From Perkinsus chesapeaki ATCC PRA-425 (lineage: Eukaryota; Protista; Perkinsozoa), in assembly GCA_013115145.1 (NCBI GenBank), contig JAAPAO010000244.1:1-47972 (forward strand): a DNA stretch of 47,972 bases. The letters are read 5' to 3'. This document shows, piece after piece, positions 46,609 through 47,972 of this stretch. The first letter of the stretch is position 1. Each line of letters begins with the position of its first letter. A program made the translations under genes and the position numbers. The notes below the pieces were generated by a model. That model worked only from the letters and a program-made list of their open reading frames with translations. It searched no databases and was not told the DNA's origin.

Positions 46609-47811
46609 TTATACTTCATCATCGATTGCTGTCCCTGCAAGAGCAGTTGACGGCGGCTGTTGCATCTCTAGACTTGTGTATGCTACACGATGTGATCTCT
46701 TACGCTTATAAACACAGAAAGCAATGAGGGCGCATAATAGTAATACTAAACAGAGAAGCACAACAATGCTGATAGTAAAGACACGGCCCTCACTGACAGA
46801 CGTACCAAATATCGAAACGAATAAAGGATTGGCGGGCATGTCCCATAAGATAGGACGAGCCGTGGGAACTTGGTCCTCAACCCAATCGATAGGATCACCA
46901 ACAACCAAAGCGAAATTGCGGAAGTTGTAGTTAACAGGAATCCGCTTCATGTTGTAAAGACCGATATTTCCGTATTCATTTTGAAGGACATCGATTGGCT
47001 TGTTAGGAATCATAACATTCGCCGTGTAGTTGCCACCAGTTTGAGTTGACCAACTGGGCGGTACAAGATCGGATACGCTACTGCAAGCATTAGGCCACCG
47101 ACAGACTCTCGGGAACTCGACAGAATCTGGACACTTGCATTTCTTATCAGCTTCACGAGACCATTTGTCTTGTTGAGATAACATCCAAACGTCAACGTGA
47201 CAGGTTTGACCTTTATAATCCATCCTCACATAAAACTCATCCGTATTGCAGCCAGTGAAAGAATCACTCGGCAACTCGCTGCCAACACCAGTGAGTCTGG
47301 CAGCTATATGATAACCTGGCCCCATCTTGTCTTCTAATAGATCAAGGATATTATCGTAGTCACCACCGTATCGCTTGAATGCAGCATCACAGTCATCGCG
47401 CATGAGACCAACATCCGAATCAAGATCCCATGGGACCTGAGACTGATTGTGCCGATACCAACCCAGTAGGGAGCCAGCGATGAGGAACACTGGCATCTCG
47501 AGTTCATCCATAACTTTCGTGACGTCGTCGGTGACTCTGGAGAAGCACTCGAGTGCGGTGTCCTGGTTGTGGAACAATCCTAGCTCTTGTCTGTCCATGC
47601 AAGCCGAGCCATTAATAATAATGGACTCAGAAGGCCATGCGCCGAGTTTGGTGGGAAGGGAGTCGTAGGGGCAGACAAAGATCTGATCTGCTTTGGCGGT
47701 TTGGGGGTACTCTTCCGGAATGACCTTGATGTATGCGTGAGAGGAACTGCCGCTGCTGACTTCAACCCTGGTAAGCAGTAAGATGAAGAGTAAGGATACA
47801 GAGGTAACCAT
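46609..47811 (-). CDS. LicD/fukutin-family phosphotransferase, type I membrane topology, intronless, about 400 aa
   Basis: ATG at 47811 with signal peptide MVTSVSLLFILLL; motif FLIAGSLLGWYRH..VPWDLDSDVG; HVDVW; C-terminal TM ISIVVLLCLVLLLCALIAFCVY followed by KRKR. Confidence 0.9.
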   Translation of the reverse strand: MVTSVSLLFILLLTRVEVSSGSSSHAYIKVIPEEYPQTAKADQIFVCPYDSLPTKLGAWPSESIIINGSACMDRQELGLFHNQDTALECFSRVTDDVTKVMDELEMPVFLIAGSLLGWYRHNQSQVPWDLDSDVGLMRDDCDAAFKRYGGDYDNILDLLEDKMGPGYHIAARLTGVGSELPSDSFTGCNTDEFYVRMDYKGQTCHVDVWMLSQQDKWSREADKKCKCPDSVEFPRVCRWPNACSSVSDLVPPSWSTQTGGNYTANVMIPNKPIDVLQNEYGNIGLYNMKRIPVNYNFRNFALVVGDPIDWVEDQVPTARPILWDMPANPLFVSIFGTSVSEGRVFTISIVVLLCLVLLLCALIAFCVYKRKRSHRVAYTSLEMQQPPSTALAGTAIDDEV

Positions 47812-47875
47812 AGAGAAACAAAGAAACTGAGGATAGCAGAGAACATCGACCAACGTATTCGATTTCTAGTGTTTT

Positions 47876-47972
47876 CTATCAAACTCCTTTCTATTAGATC
47901 TCCTCCTCCGTATCACTAGTAACATATTTACTATCAAACTCCTTTCTATTATATCTCCTCCTCCGTATCACT
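47876..47972 (-). repeat. Reverse-complement copies of the 55-bp satellite seen at 1-120, runs off the window end
   Basis: Reverse complement reads AGTGATACGGAGGAGGAGATATAATAGAAAGGAGTTTGATAGTAAATATGTTACTAGTGATACGGAGGAGGAGATCTAATAGAAAGGAGTTTGATAG. Confidence 0.95.

Noticed and set aside
1-47972. Alternative genetic code (stop reassignment) suggested by many interrupted ORFs
   Set aside because: Most interruptions resolve by GT-AG splicing; long intronless genes read cleanly in the standard code, and TAA, TAG and TGA all terminate genes

Overview
Gene-dense, AT-rich eukaryotic scaffold with many short GT-AG introns. Gene content (AAAP amino-acid transporter, LicD, RAP/HPR-type helical-repeat protein, myzozoan-style MRPL47) and intron style suggest an alveolate, most likely Perkinsus/Perkinsozoa; this is inferred, not verified. 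Recognisable genes: DnaJ-type Zn-finger protein, amino-acid transporter, ABCG-type membrane-domain gene plus decayed copies, two signal-peptide GNAT paralogues, ExoIII/AP endonuclease, a transmembrane TIR-like protein, MRPL47, PX-BAR sorting nexin, CTL/SLC44 transporter, RAP-domain protein, LicD, tRNA-Glu(CTC) and tRNA-Ile(AAT). Most notable observations: (1) the same 55-bp satellite at both window ends in inverted orientation; (2) an apparently intronless TIR-like gene with a membrane hairpin inside the TIR fold, an intact WCxxE motif and one in-frame TAG; (3) a 243-bp block of palindromes/hairpins inserted in a decayed ABCG copy; (4) a duplicated [ABCG relic + GNAT] unit, one copy carrying an IR-bounded insertion; (5) a tRNA inside a 1.1-kb MRPL47 intron; (6) a gag-like relic in a CTL intron. 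All exon models and family calls were made by eye without alignments, and boundaries of multi-exon hypothetical genes are approximate.
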